Made by a program: the position numbers and the translations under genes. Positions 1 through 11,238 of a stretch of DNA of 64,000 nucleotides are shown piece after piece. Origin of the DNA: Octopus sinensis (taxonomy: Eukaryota); NCBI RefSeq assembly GCF_006345805.1, contig NC_043000.1, positions 74,152,001 through 74,216,000 of the forward strand, written 5' to 3'. Position 1 is the first letter of the stretch; each line of letters opens with the position of its first letter. Under the pieces are notes generated by a model, which made no database searches, had not been told where the DNA came from, and saw only the letters and a program-made list of their open reading frames with translations.

Positions 1-866
1 CATGCACTATATATTTGGTGTTAATTTGCTTCAGCTTTATATATTTTTTACATTAATCTTAATCTTATTTCAGCCAGAGTTCTTTCGTCACACTTCTGTG
101 ACCTCATCAGTGGTTCTTTGCTTTCTTCTTTCTTATTTGTGTGTCTCTCCTTATTTGTGTGTCTCTCAGCCATTTTGTATTTTGTATTCTTATTGTATGT
201 GTCTTTATTTGCGCATGCGTATACCTCTATGTGTGTCTATGTTTAGTTAGTGTGTGTGTCTATGTTTAGTTAATGTGGCCTCCAAATACTTGATCCACCG
301 AAACTCAGCTATCGCGGACAATGCCAAATTCAATATTTTGATGGCAGACCTCATCAGAATAATGTGAAATGTGTGACCCGACAGAGTTAAAGAGACACAT
401 ACAACATTTCGTTCACTGCGTGCAGTTCTCAGATTACAGCCATAAAGAAAGGATCAGAGTATACAAAGGAGATATGAAGAAATTTGATACTATCGTACAT
501 AACAATAGAAATGGGATTTGCCCACTCTATAGGAGCAAGTCATGGAATACTATTGAAAGGACTAAGAAGGAAATAGGGAAGGCCAACTCTTGGTATGATA
601 GCCACAAATGCTAGAGTGTCATGTTCGTTGACACCACCCCTAGAGACGAATTGGCGTACCGCTTTATAAGGGCCCTAGACAAACTTAAGCTAAGGATTAA
701 GGTTGTTGAAAGGCCAGGCAACCCTATCAAATCCCTAATTGGTAGAACCTACCCTTTTAGTAGAACCCCCTGTATGAATAGGAACTGTACTGTGTGTAGA
801 TTTAGCCCACAAACAAGCTGTAAAGCCAGAAATGTAGTCTATAGTATAAGATGTACAAAAGCAATG
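1..866 (+). mobile_element. 5'-truncated Penelope-like element (RT thumb to start of GIY-YIG) preceded by an inverted pLTR
   Basis: ORF pieces 369-614 and 621-878 closely match the C-terminal part of ORF 7592-9451 (VMFVDTTP, CKARNVVYSIRC). Bases 1-260 match 7286-7520, the pLTR, which is antisense to this copy's ORF. Confidence 0.85.
74..113 (-). ncRNA. Minimal type I hammerhead ribozyme in PLE pLTR
   Basis: Minus strand reads CCA-CTGATGA-G-GTCAC-agaagt-GTGAC-GAAA-G-aa-C-TC-TGG: intact core, 5-bp stem II, 2-bp stem III, CUC cleavage triplet, 3-bp stem I. Confidence 0.65.
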
Positions 867-1239
867 AAAACATTTTGACACAAATTAAATTTAAATGTTG
901 AAGTGAAGCAATCAGTTTTTGTGTTTTCTTAAATGGCTTACAAACATCTTCCACACTTCCATTGTATACACACACACATTACATGGACAACATTTTCAAC
1001 AGAGATGGTACAATTGTATCTGATTCTTCAAGAGCTTCAATTCTGTGTATGTAGATATATTTACTTGATTGCTGACATTTAGCAATGGTTTCTGCCATTA
1101 TGTTGATGCACCATTTTCTGTCATTAATAAAACTGTTGGCATTTTTGATGACATGGGTATGCTAGTAATTAACAATTGAAATGCTTAAACGTGTTTGTAA
1201 ATTTGTGATAAAATTGTAATGTAAAATTACCATCATAAT

Positions 1240-2780
1240 TTAATATTATTTGGTATAATGCACCATTCACATACTCCACAACAACCAATAATTGAGTCAT
1301 AGCTGTTTTTGTAACTTTCATAACCTGGTTCAACAATTTGGTAACTCTGGAATTACTCTTCTCTAAGGCATCTCTTTTATCCTTGTAACAGTTAGCAAGA
1401 GTGCTGTGATACTAGTTATTAGATATGATACCTGCCAGATATTTTAAGCAACTCATTAGTCATTCTTGATGAACCAAAAATTTTCTTTGTATTTTTAATT
1501 GTTTTGTCAATCATACTACTGTCAACTTCAATGGTTAGTCCCTCTTTCAGGTTCACATTTGGAAGGTTTTTTTCTCTCACACATCCTCAAGATTTAGTTG
1601 CCTTTCATAGTAGCATATTCAAGCCCCTTTCTTTTTAGAATCACTAAGTACATGTATACCATTATCCATCTGTACACACTTCTCACCTACATCTTGATTT
1701 TCTCTGATACTCATCTTACAATCTGGACACCTCACCTCTTGTCCTCACACTGTAGAACATTGGCAAATCTTTTCCTTTCTACTTCACCCCTTTGTAAATA
1801 TCATCTAGCTTCTCTTCTAACTACTTAGTCTCTGTAACCCCAAGTTTTCCAATCCTTCCAAGCATATCTCTTCACTTTTAAGGCTTTGTCTATTTTACTG
1901 TTCCATCCCTATGTTACCTTGGGTCTGGCTGGAACTTCACAGCAGCAACAGATATGATTTGTTGCTCTCAGTAGGTTGTCACATAAGATTTTCTAGTTGT
2001 TCTCTAAATTATACATCACTATGTTCTACACCTCAAAAGCTTCAATTAGGTCTTCTCTAAATCTCTGACAGTTTGCTAGGTCTTTAAGTTTTAATAAATT
2101 TGTGTCTCTGTGTTCCTGTTCTAAGTCTGAAGTCACTAAACACTAACCTATACTGGTTTGTATATTCTTTACAGGGAAGAACTTTACACTTACAACCATT
2201 TGTTTATCCTGCTTTTTAGTGAGAATGTTGTCAATCTAGCTTGTGTGCCCACCAGATTGATAACTAATCAGGTGACTAGCTGATCTCTTGAAGTTAGTAT
2301 TGCAGATCATTAGGTCATTTGCATCACAAAATACCAGTAACCTTGTTCCCTCCTCATTTCAAGTACCAAATCTTTAGCCTCCATATACACCATGGAAGCC
2401 ACTAGGATGTTGCTTAACATGTCCATTGAAGTCACTAGCCAGGAAGATCAAGTTACTGTCATTTGTCATTGAGGTCGTGTGCAAAAGTGTATTATAAAAC
2501 TGATCCTTTTGTTCATTTGACAGTCCTGGATGATGAGCATAGGCAGAGATAATAGCTGCTGTTGTAGTTTCCAAGACTAGTCTAAGCATAATTATCCTAT
2601 CATCACTCGTCTACCTATTTCTTCACTGAAAGTATGCCTACACTTCCTTCTATCACTATTGCCTACCAGAAAGAATTTATACCTATGTCCTTTGCCAGTG
2701 AGGAGTTTGACTGAGGCACACCTGCATCAAACTGCTTGCATGCTTCCATTCTTACATTTTAACAATATCACCAGGCCTAT
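1240..2780 (-). mobile_element. Highly degenerate RTE-clade LINE fragment (endonuclease to RT N-terminus)
   Basis: ORF 2374-2589 (YAHHPGL...KDQFYNTLL...DFNGHV) is RTE-like endonuclease, and the nucleotides resemble 20440-20700 and 63300-63900. Boundaries approximate. Confidence 0.65.
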
Positions 2781-3522
2781 CTTTCATTATGCCTAAATTA
2801 CTTGAGAGGAAGAGCAAGTACCCTACAGCTTTAAATAACAGAAAAGAAAGTTTGCAGGCAGACTGGTCCTGCACATTATCAGATATACAAATATTAATAT
2901 AATCACCCAACTGAATCACCATTTCTTTAGATACTCAAACATTCAGGATGTAAATAAATAAATAGAGTTAAAAAACAACACTAGCTGAGGGTGGATATTG
3001 TATATATGTCTAACTTTTTGATGAAAGGGCAGGTGTGAAAGGAGTGGGAAAATTGAGAAAGAAGTCTGTAAGTCTCTAAGAGATTAATGAAAATATTACT
3101 TAGAACTTGAAAATAAAGCTTAAACTAATGCCTGGGTTAAAAGTATATTAATACATTCTAAAATAAAGAAGTGAATCTATAGGTCTCTAAGAGATTAATG
3201 AAATCTTAGTTTGAACTTGAAATTAATACTTGAGAATTTTTAAGACAACACTAAAATACATATATATTATAAAAATATTAATATGTTTATTGGTTACAAA
3301 TGAATTATGGATAAGAAAATGGGTTGCAGTGGTAAAATGTTGAGTGAATTATATTACATATTTAAGAGGAAAAATACAGTCGGTATAACTTAGCATTGTT
3401 CATATTTGTACATCCCAATAGCAAATGTACATGTGGGTAGTAACCAGCATAATTATTTAAACTACAAGGCATATTGTATACAATGAAAGTACATGTATTT
3501 CTGATCAAACTTTATTGGAAAA

Positions 3523-3715
3523 CTATCCGAAAATCCCCGAAGTATCTACATCACCAACTGACTGGAACAAGTTGTTCGAAATACACTCTTCTTCCTGGAT
3601 CTCTGCATCAGTCAAGCCTTGGTTGACAATTCTCAATTTTTGTTCAAGATCTCTTTTATTTTTCATATTTATGTTGACGTTTTCCATAACTACTTTTTTC
3701 AAGGTACTTCTCAAG
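3523..3715 (-). CDS. Putative last coding exon of an unidentified small spliced gene
   Basis: Acceptor ctttcatttcAG, open frame LRSTLKKVVMEN...DVDTSGIFG, TAG stop, and AATAAA just downstream (3511-3516). Non-repetitive composition. Confidence 0.6.
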
Positions 3716-3872
3716 CTGAAATGAAAGTAATTTTTCCCCTTATTTCTCTAGAAGTGCTAGCTACTACTTTTCAGATGTTTCTCAAAATTCCAATAAATTT
3801 TTATTTTGTTACCATGTTTTAAATGTGATTGTTAGAAAAATTATTTTTCCACAAAAGAAGGTCTTTACTCAC

Positions 3873-3889
3873 CTCCTGTTTATCATTGC
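3873..3889 (-). CDS. Putative 17-nt microexon of the same gene
   Basis: Flanked by ttcccatAG and GTGAGT; GCA ATG ATA AAC AGG AG splices in frame (AG|C = Ser) onto the 3715 exon. Confidence 0.45.
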
Positions 3890-5858
3890 CTATGGGAATG
3901 CCATTATACTAATAACCTTGTTCACTGATTACCTAGTTGAATTAGTGAAAGCAAAACTGGGATAAAAAGGCCTTAAAGTTAATTTAACAAAAATCAAAGT
4001 CCTAGTTAGCAGGAAAACAGACAGTACATTTACACCTTCAGCTCAGTTCCATATGTAAAAAATACGTGGGTAGAATTCCATACAGTGCTTCCAGGGTAAA
4101 CTATATACACACAAGAGTTGCAGTGAAATCACAGGAGGATTAACAGAGAAAGTAGACTTTGTGGTAGATGTGCAGGAACAATAAACACTAAGAACTCATA
4201 GGAAATACATTTTCTCAAATGATGAGGATTCTTAAAGATAGTAGATAGTTTCTCAATTTTAGCTTACCTAAATAGCATTGGAGGATGATATTCTGATAGT
4301 ACTGCTACCAATCTCCTCCCACTCCCTGGCCCACTTATATTTTTGTTTCCTTTCGCCCAAACAGATTCACCACCAACCATGCCTCTACCCATGTTCACCG
4401 TTCACTGTATTCACCTCTCAGCTCATCTGTCACGCTCCTTTCACACTCTTGTGAAATTCCTCATTTCTGCAAAGTGGCTGTTATTAAGAAAGGGCACTCA
4501 GCTATAGAAACCATACCAAGCAAATATTGGAACTTAATGAAGTCATCTGGTTTATCAGGTCCTGTCAAATTGTCCAATGTCAGCATAGAATACAGATATT
4601 AAATGATGATGATGATGATGCTGTAACAACAATTATGTACTACAATAGTTGCTAACATAGGAGGTTAAGATTGGGCTTGTTTTTCAACAAATCTAAACTG
4701 GATGTCACAGTTAATGACATTCATTCTTGCTCTCCTCTCTCTTCTCCATCTGAGGTAGCCATGTTTTTACTAATGCAAGACACCTTTCTGTGCTTCACTA
4801 TTACTCCCCACCCACCAGTTGAAGGTCCTGCAAGTTACTTGATCTTAGTACTGCTGGTGCCATGTAAAAAGCACCCAGTACAATCTGTAAAATGGTTCAC
4901 ATTAGGAAGGGCATCCAGTTATAGAAACCTATGGTGGCTGAATACACATGATAAATGTTTTATAGTATCAATCAAAGATTAAATAGCCCCAATTCTTGTC
5001 TGAATTCAACAGACATGTTTTGTGAGACATGAAATAACTATTTTGTCGTGGTGGCATAGCACAGTCATGCTATGTCCATTTCATTCATTTACTGCTGACT
5101 ACAGAAGATACATGTAGCAACTTCCACCCAGCAGAATTGCGTACCTTTCTCAAGGAGCTAGGACAGTTGCAGCATTGATGGCGAGGAAGCAACATCACTT
5201 TCAACAATGTGGCATGTTTTATGTTCACTACCAGCTTAATTGGCCACAGATTTAATGGCCCTAGTGCTACATCAATCTTTCAGCTATGAATTTATTATAG
5301 TGTTTACAACCAATATTGTGCAGCTCATTTTGTTTTTATGTGACCTTTCCACATATTGTCTCATTACTAAATCGGTGACTCTTCCTACATATTTCCACAT
5401 TATAAACATGCATTATATCTGATGGTTGGTGTGCTTAGAATGGTGTTGATGAAATAGGCACACATACACATTTTATAATTTGAAAAAGAAAAAAATGTGC
5501 ACTCAAGGTTTTCAAGATGAAACTGGATTTTTAATCAAAGAAATTTGTGTAACAGTTACTTTGCAAATAATAACACAGTTTGCTCATAGCCATATAAAAA
5601 GTTGATACTAAAGCCACATAAATAAGCACCCAGTACACTCTGTAAGGTGGTTGGTGTTAGGAAGGGCATCCGACTATAGAAACCATGCCAAAACAGACAA
5701 TAAGACGTGGTGCAGCTTTTGTCAAACCATCCGACCTATGCCAGTATGGAAAACGGACGTTAATGATGATGATGGTGATTAAGGGACAGCCAGGAAATTT
5801 CTGCTGGTTCTTATACATCCTTTGAGGTTTTCAAGAAATACTTCTAAGTTATCTATTT

Positions 5859-6270
5859 GGATCTTTTCGGTTTGAACGGCAGTTTTTAACATAATTTCTA
5901 GGTAACTAAAAAATTTTAAACTTCGTATACTGTTAGAATGTGTTTATAAAACATCTTTTTCTCTTGGCTTTATTGAGAAAATTCTATAGTTTGTAAGATA
6001 TTTATTGTTTTTTCTTCTTCAATTTTTGCAATTTCAACCAATCAATTACGTCTATTGAGGTAAAAAGCATTCTGTGCCGTATGAATATGTCCCTCGTTTA
6101 AGAAATAGATTGGGTTTATTTACATTTGTGAAGAAAAAAAGATACCCTTCCCCCCACCCCTAACCCTAAAACAGATAGAAATGCAATAGATCGATACTAG
6201 GGTCATAATTATGGGTGACAATTTCATATGATACCGCTAGAAAAAACTGCCGTTCAAACCGAAGAGATCC
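5859..6270. mobile_element. MITE with GGATC-terminal TIRs and 8-bp TSD (possibly Merlin-like; superfamily uncertain)
   Basis: TIR GGATCTTTTCGGTTTGAACGGCAGTTTTT, TSD ATCTATTT at 5851-5858 and 6271-6278, second copy at 17832-18248. Confidence 0.85.
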
Positions 6271-6616
6271 ATCTATTTTGTTTAACTAGCAGGTTTAGGG
6301 GTTTTAAATAATAAAATTAAATTGACTAGGAATAACATTCCATAATTTCATAAAGAGAATAAAATCTCCCAATTTTATCAACAGGACTCTCTCTCTCATT
6401 AAGGTGCTTGCAAAGGAACCTACTTGAATAATCTGACCTACTAGAGATCTGTTACCCATTCTCAGATTTGTTTACACGAAATTATTGCATGCCACTGTCG
6501 TTCCGAACCGAAGATGTTTCAGGACCTGACAGTGAAATATCTCTTCCAACCTGTGACGTTTGAGACTGGGCCACTAACCACGTTGGCCCTTGGCTTTCCC
6601 AATGCCTTAGCCTCAC

Positions 6617-6695
6617 CATCGAATGTGGTAAACGCTGCGAGCATGCTGGCTTGCTTCAGTAGGTTCCGTTAAACCTTGATGGGTGCGACAAGTTG
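6617..6695 (-). other. Putative upstream exon of the minus-strand gene, ending in ATG|GTGAGG
   Basis: A long polypyrimidine tract and ttacAG acceptor precede it, and a GTGAGG donor follows directly after an ATG that would be in phase 0 with the microexon. Confidence 0.4.
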
Positions 6696-6738
6696 CTGTA
6701 ATGAAGAAAAAAAAAAAAATCCCATGAACGGTTGGTAC

Positions 6739-6868
6739 TACTAGCGAAGACTAGACCCGGTGCGTATAGACAAATTGTCGAAGACTAGACATGCGCAGTC
6801 GCGCGTCCGCGCTAGCTAGTCGAAAGTAGTCGATCCTACAACGACTTGCGCGTATGCAAATGAGTTGT
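6739..6868 (-). promoter_or_regulatory. CpG-rich promoter-like module with octamer ATGCAAAT (left copy)
   Basis: Local CpG enrichment, ATGCAAAT at 6854-6861, a CCAAT ~12 bp to the right, and a near-identical inverted copy at 15663-15755. Lies just upstream of the putative minus-strand exon. Confidence 0.55.
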
Positions 6869-7354
6869 GTTGGAAGACAACCAATGGGTCTAATTAATGA
6901 TCAAGACAAGGCTGGTGGTGGTTTAGTGTAAATAAACAAACAAGAAAACATCAAAACAAACCAAAAAAAAAACAAAACCCTTCATGGAATGCTGTAATAT
7001 GCTCTCCTCTCTCGCTCAGACATTCTTACACACAGATACACATGTGTAATGAACTGTTACTAAAATATCTTCATCTTATCAAATCCATCAATCGATATCA
7101 ACTTTCCATTCCTTATCATCTTAAGGATATTTTGTTTCTTCTCTCTTTCTCACATATATATATATATATATATAGTACGTTTAAATATTTGTTGTGCAAG
7201 ATTTTTTATGTGAAGTCGTGTGTTGAAACAGATATTGTTATATTTCAGAATGGTCATTTTGCCAGGTTAGCCAATAAAAACACACGCACTATATATTTGG
7301 TGTTACTTTGCTCAGTGTTATTTATTTTTTACATTAATCTTAATCTTATTTTGG

Positions 7355-7394
7355 CCAGAGTTCTTTCGTCACACTCCTGTGACCGCATCAGTGG
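7355..7394 (-). ncRNA. Hammerhead ribozyme relic (core A9->C) in the 3' pLTR
   Basis: Same fold as 74-113 but the core reads CTGATGC. Confidence 0.55.
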
Positions 7395-7591
7395 TTCTTT
7401 GTTTTCTTCTTTCTTATTTGTGTCTCTCCTTACTAATCATCAGCCATTTTGTATTTCTATTGTATGTCTTCATTTGCGCATGCTTATATCTCTATGTGCA
7501 TTTATGTTTATTTAGTGTGTGTATGTGGGGGATGCCTGTAATATTTGTATCTTCTGTTTATATATGTTCATGTAATTTGTAATTTTTAATT

Positions 7592-9451
7592 TTATATGTT
7601 CATGTAATTTGTATTTTGTTTTTTGTTTTTGTTGTTTTTGTTTATTCTTATTTTGTTCATGTGTTTACATCCACCCATTATTATCATTACATATGCTTGT
7701 ATGTATGTATGTATGTATAACAACATTACTAGTAATAATAATTGAATCGGAAAAAATATATATATATAGTTATTTATTTCTATTAGTTTATTATGTGTAT
7801 TTATTATGTTTTCAGGATCCTCTATCGTCATATGTTGTGGTGTGTTCCATTCTAGTTTTCTATTCAGGCTAGGTTTATTTTCTATTATGTGTGTAGCTTC
7901 TGTAATTTGTCTAATTGTTGCATCTGATCTATGTGTGGATAATATTTTAATTTCTATGTTATTGATTGATCCCCCGTGTTGATACAGAATCGATGAGCTT
8001 TTACCTTCTTTGAGTTGTCTCCAATGCTCATTTACCCGCTCTCCTATGCTTCTTGCTGTTTCCCCTACGTATGTCGTTGTCTTGTTACTGCATCGTCCCT
8101 CTATACATCTTATACTATAGACTACATTTCTGGCTTTACAGTTTGTTTGTGGGCTAAATCTACATACAGTACAGTACTTATCCGTACAGGGGGTTCTACT
8201 AAAAGGATAGGTTCTACCAATTATAGATTTGATAGGGTTGCCTGGCTTTTCAACAACCTTAATTCTTAGCTTAAGTTTGTCTAGGGTCCTTCTAAAGCGA
8301 TACGCCGGTTCACCTCCAGGGGTGGTGTCAACGAACATGACACTCTGGTATTTATGGCTATCATACCAAGAGTTGGCCTTCCCTATTTTCGTTTTTGTCC
8401 TTTCTATAGTGTTCCATGACTTGTTCCTATAGAGTGGGCAAATACCATTCCTATCATTACATAATATATTATCAAATTTCTTAATGGCTCCTTTGTATAC
8501 TCTGATCCTTTCTTTATGGCTGTAACCTGAGAACTGCATGTGGTGAATGAAATATTGTATGTGTCTCTTTAACTCTGTGAGCTCGCACATGCATGACACA
8601 TTTCTCATTATTCTGACGAGGTCTGCCATCAAAATATTGAATTTGGCATCGTCCGCAATGGCTGAGTTCCGGTGGATCAAGTATTTGGAGGCCATAGGTT
8701 TGGCATAATATGAATGAAGGATTTGTGTTTTATTATTCACAATTTCTAGCCAGAGTTCGGTGTCTAGTACTGGTAGTCTATGGTTGGGATGTTTAGTGGG
8801 GTAGTCTATTGTGACCTTAATACTCTGGTGGATGGAGTTAGCTATTTGCTGGATGCTCTCCATAGTATTAGTTTCTATTACCATATCAACATTACTCTCT
8901 TGTGGGGGTGCCTTTACCACTATGTTGATATCATCAACATAGCAAGAGTACATGTTTACGAGTATGGAGTTCTGTGTTAGGCGTTCTTTAAGCCTTCTGT
9001 CCCACCATACCATGAAAAGGTTGGCCACATCACCAGCGATACTAACGCCGATGGCTGCCCCCTCATCCTGGGCATATATTTTATTATTAAACTTAAATGT
9101 GTGGCCTTTTAGGGTAATTCTTATACTAGCTCCTAGTGCATGTGTGATCATTTTCTTTATCTGATGGACATTTGCGGGGATCCGTATGGCTCTGGTCCAT
9201 CTGTGCCATCTTTCTATATGTGTCTTCGTAGCCATAGAAGTAATTGTGGGCGGTCTACCTCTTAAACATCTACTGGGGCAGAAACTACTAAGATTATGTT
9301 TATCTAAGTATTCAGTATTACATGTCAGTCTAAGTAGGAGGCCCAGTTCCTCTGTGTTGACATTACAGAACTCCACCTGGCTCTCATTGATCATCTCCAC
9401 ACACTTCTCCACCGCAAAATCTACGTCGATCGATGGGTATAAGGATAACAC
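7592..9451 (-). CDS. PLE reverse transcriptase plus GIY-YIG endonuclease (N-terminally truncated, 619 aa)
   Basis: SLYPSID, GAAIGVSIAGDVANLFM, YVDD, then VVYSIRC...YVGETARSIGERVNEH...EATHI...PSLN. Confidence 0.9.
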   Translation of the reverse strand: MLSLYPSIDVDFAVEKCVEMINESQVEFCNVNTEELGLLLRLTCNTEYLDKHNLSSFCPSRCLRGRPPTITSMATKTHIERWHRWTRAIRIPANVHQIKKMITHALGASIRITLKGHTFKFNNKIYAQDEGAAIGVSIAGDVANLFMVWWDRRLKERLTQNSILVNMYSCYVDDINIVVKAPPQESNVDMVIETNTMESIQQIANSIHQSIKVTIDYPTKHPNHRLPVLDTELWLEIVNNKTQILHSYYAKPMASKYLIHRNSAIADDAKFNILMADLVRIMRNVSCMCELTELKRHIQYFIHHMQFSGYSHKERIRVYKGAIKKFDNILCNDRNGICPLYRNKSWNTIERTKTKIGKANSWYDSHKYQSVMFVDTTPGGEPAYRFRRTLDKLKLRIKVVEKPGNPIKSIIGRTYPFSRTPCTDKYCTVCRFSPQTNCKARNVVYSIRCIEGRCSNKTTTYVGETARSIGERVNEHWRQLKEGKSSSILYQHGGSINNIEIKILSTHRSDATIRQITEATHIIENKPSLNRKLEWNTPQHMTIEDPENIINTHNKLIEINNYIYIFFPIQLLLLVMLLYIHTYIQAYVMIIMGGCKHMNKIRINKNNKNKKQNTNYMNI

Positions 9452-9527
9452 TGAAGCAAAGTAACACCAAATATATAGTGCATGTGTTTTTATTGGCTAA
9501 ACTGGCAAAATGACCATTCTGAAATAT

Positions 9528-9571
<44 letters not shown>

Positions 9572-10182
9572 TATATATATACACACACATACATGGGCAC
9601 ATATACACACACACACACATATACACACGCATATATATACTCACATACACGCACACATATATATATACTCACATACACACATATACACACACATATACAC
9701 ACACATACACACACACACATTTATATATACATATACATACATATATCTCTATATATAAAACTGAAATGCGTTTTTACCGCTTGGATCGCTTTCAATGCCA
9801 CTACATCCCGTCCGATTCGCTCCAAAATTTACAGGGACATGTAGAATGAGGTGACGATGCCTGTGGGCTACCTTAGAAATCCCTATCTTGAAAGGTGTGG
9901 TTGCTAGGGGCCATCTTCCTCACTCACGCTATTTCCTCCTTTCCCTCTCTTACTCCCCTTCATTTATAACTTTGAGAAGTCCACTCCCGTTATTTAATTC
10001 ATAGGGAGAATTATCATCGCTACCAACAACACACAATCATGAGAACAAATATTATGAATCAGATATTCATTGCGTTCATTTATATATGTGTGTGTGTGTT
10101 CGATATATAAATATGTATATATAATGTATATATACAAAGTGTATATATCTGTATTTATGTATATTAAACTTTTTAATACTTT

Positions 10183-10189
<7 letters not shown>

Positions 10190-10214
<25 letters not shown>

Positions 10215-10952
10215 TTAGCGTCCATTCTCCATGCTAGCATGGGTTGGACGGTTCAACTGGGGTCTGTGAAGCTGGAAGGCTTCATCAGGCCCAGTCAGAT
10301 CTGGCAGTGTTTCTACGGCTGGATGCCCTTCCTAACGCCAACCACTCCGTGAGTGTAGTGGGTGCTTTTTACGTGCCACCCGCACAGGTGCCAGACAGAG
10401 CTGGCAAACGGCCACGAACGGATGGTGCTTTTACGTGTCACCGGCACGGGGGCCAGGCAAGGCTGGCAACGGACACAAACGGATGGTGCTTTTACATGTC
10501 ACCGACATGGGGGCCAGACAGGGCTGGCAAACGGCCACGAACGGATGGTGCTTTTACATGTCACCGGCACGGGGGCCAGACAGAGCTGGCAAACGGCCAC
10601 AAACGGATGGTGCTTTTACGTGTCACCGGCACGGGGGCCAGGCCAGGCTGGCAACGAACACGAACGGATGGTGCTTTTACGTGCCACCGACACGGGGGCC
10701 AGACTGGGCTGGCAAACGGCTACGAACGGATGGTGCTTTTACGTGTCACCTGCACGGGGGCCCTGATGTGATCGACCTCAATTTGGTTTGATCTTGATTT
10801 TAACTGTTCTCACTGGTCTTTCCGGGTTTTGTCACGCACAGCATACCTCCAAAGGTCTCGGTCACTGGTCATTTCCTTGGTGAGACCTAAAGTTCGAAGG
10901 TCGTGCTTCACAGCCTCGACCCAGGTTTTCCTGGGTCTACCTCTTCCACAGG
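10190..10952 (-). mobile_element. 5'-truncated RTE LINE: ORF2 C-terminus, 3' UTR with minisatellite, (GAT)n tail
   Basis: Minus strand reads GTCGRGRPRKTWVEAVKHDLRTLGL...RDLWRYAV; RTE 3' motif ggatgcccttcctaacgccaacc; (CAT)n at 10187-10213. Confidence 0.85.
10364..10760. repeat. ~61-bp GC-rich minisatellite, 6-7 units, inside the RTE 3' UTR
   Basis: Repeated unit tgcttttacgtgtcaccggcacgggggccagacagrgctggcaaacggccacgaacggatgg. Confidence 0.9.
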
Positions 10953-11238
10953 TCCCCTCAACTGCCGATAGTTATATATATTTTTAAACAAATTATAAAT
11001 ATAATTTAATAATTTTTATTTTAGATTTAAATAATTTAAATTTTTCAATTTTATATATTATATTTTTATTTTTATGTTTTTGTTTTTTTTTTGCCTATTA
11101 GTGGTTTTATCTCTAATTTAATTTATACATATATATATATAATTTGTATATATAATGCATGCATACACACACACACACATATATAATGTGTGCATTATGT
11201 GGTCGGTCGGTTCAGCTGAAAATATGCACACCTATGAA

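Larger units (their letters stand above)
7172..9533 (-). mobile_element. Penelope-like element, 5'-truncated, with inverted terminal pLTR, inserted in (TA)n
   Basis: RT plus GIY-YIG ORF. 9450-9533 is an inverted copy of 7235-7315. (TA)n tracts flank both sides. Confidence 0.9.

Noticed and set aside
7205-7245. Plus-strand tgtgaagtcgtgtgttgaaacagatattgtt as a hammerhead
   Set aside because: Core and stem II do not pair properly and there is no stem I; the convincing pLTR hammerhead is at 7355-7394 on the other strand.
9384-9844. ORFs rich in Y/I/H/T/C/V (also 14478-14770, 33800-34560, 36290-36603)
   Set aside because: Translations of (TA)n/(CA)n microsatellites.
10364-10760. CRISPR-like array
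   Set aside because: Whole units repeat with no unique spacers, the context is a eukaryotic RTE 3' UTR, and there are no cas genes.
10244-10791. Repetitive 118-175 aa ORFs
   Set aside because: Produced by the stop-poor minisatellite in several frames; no protein signature.
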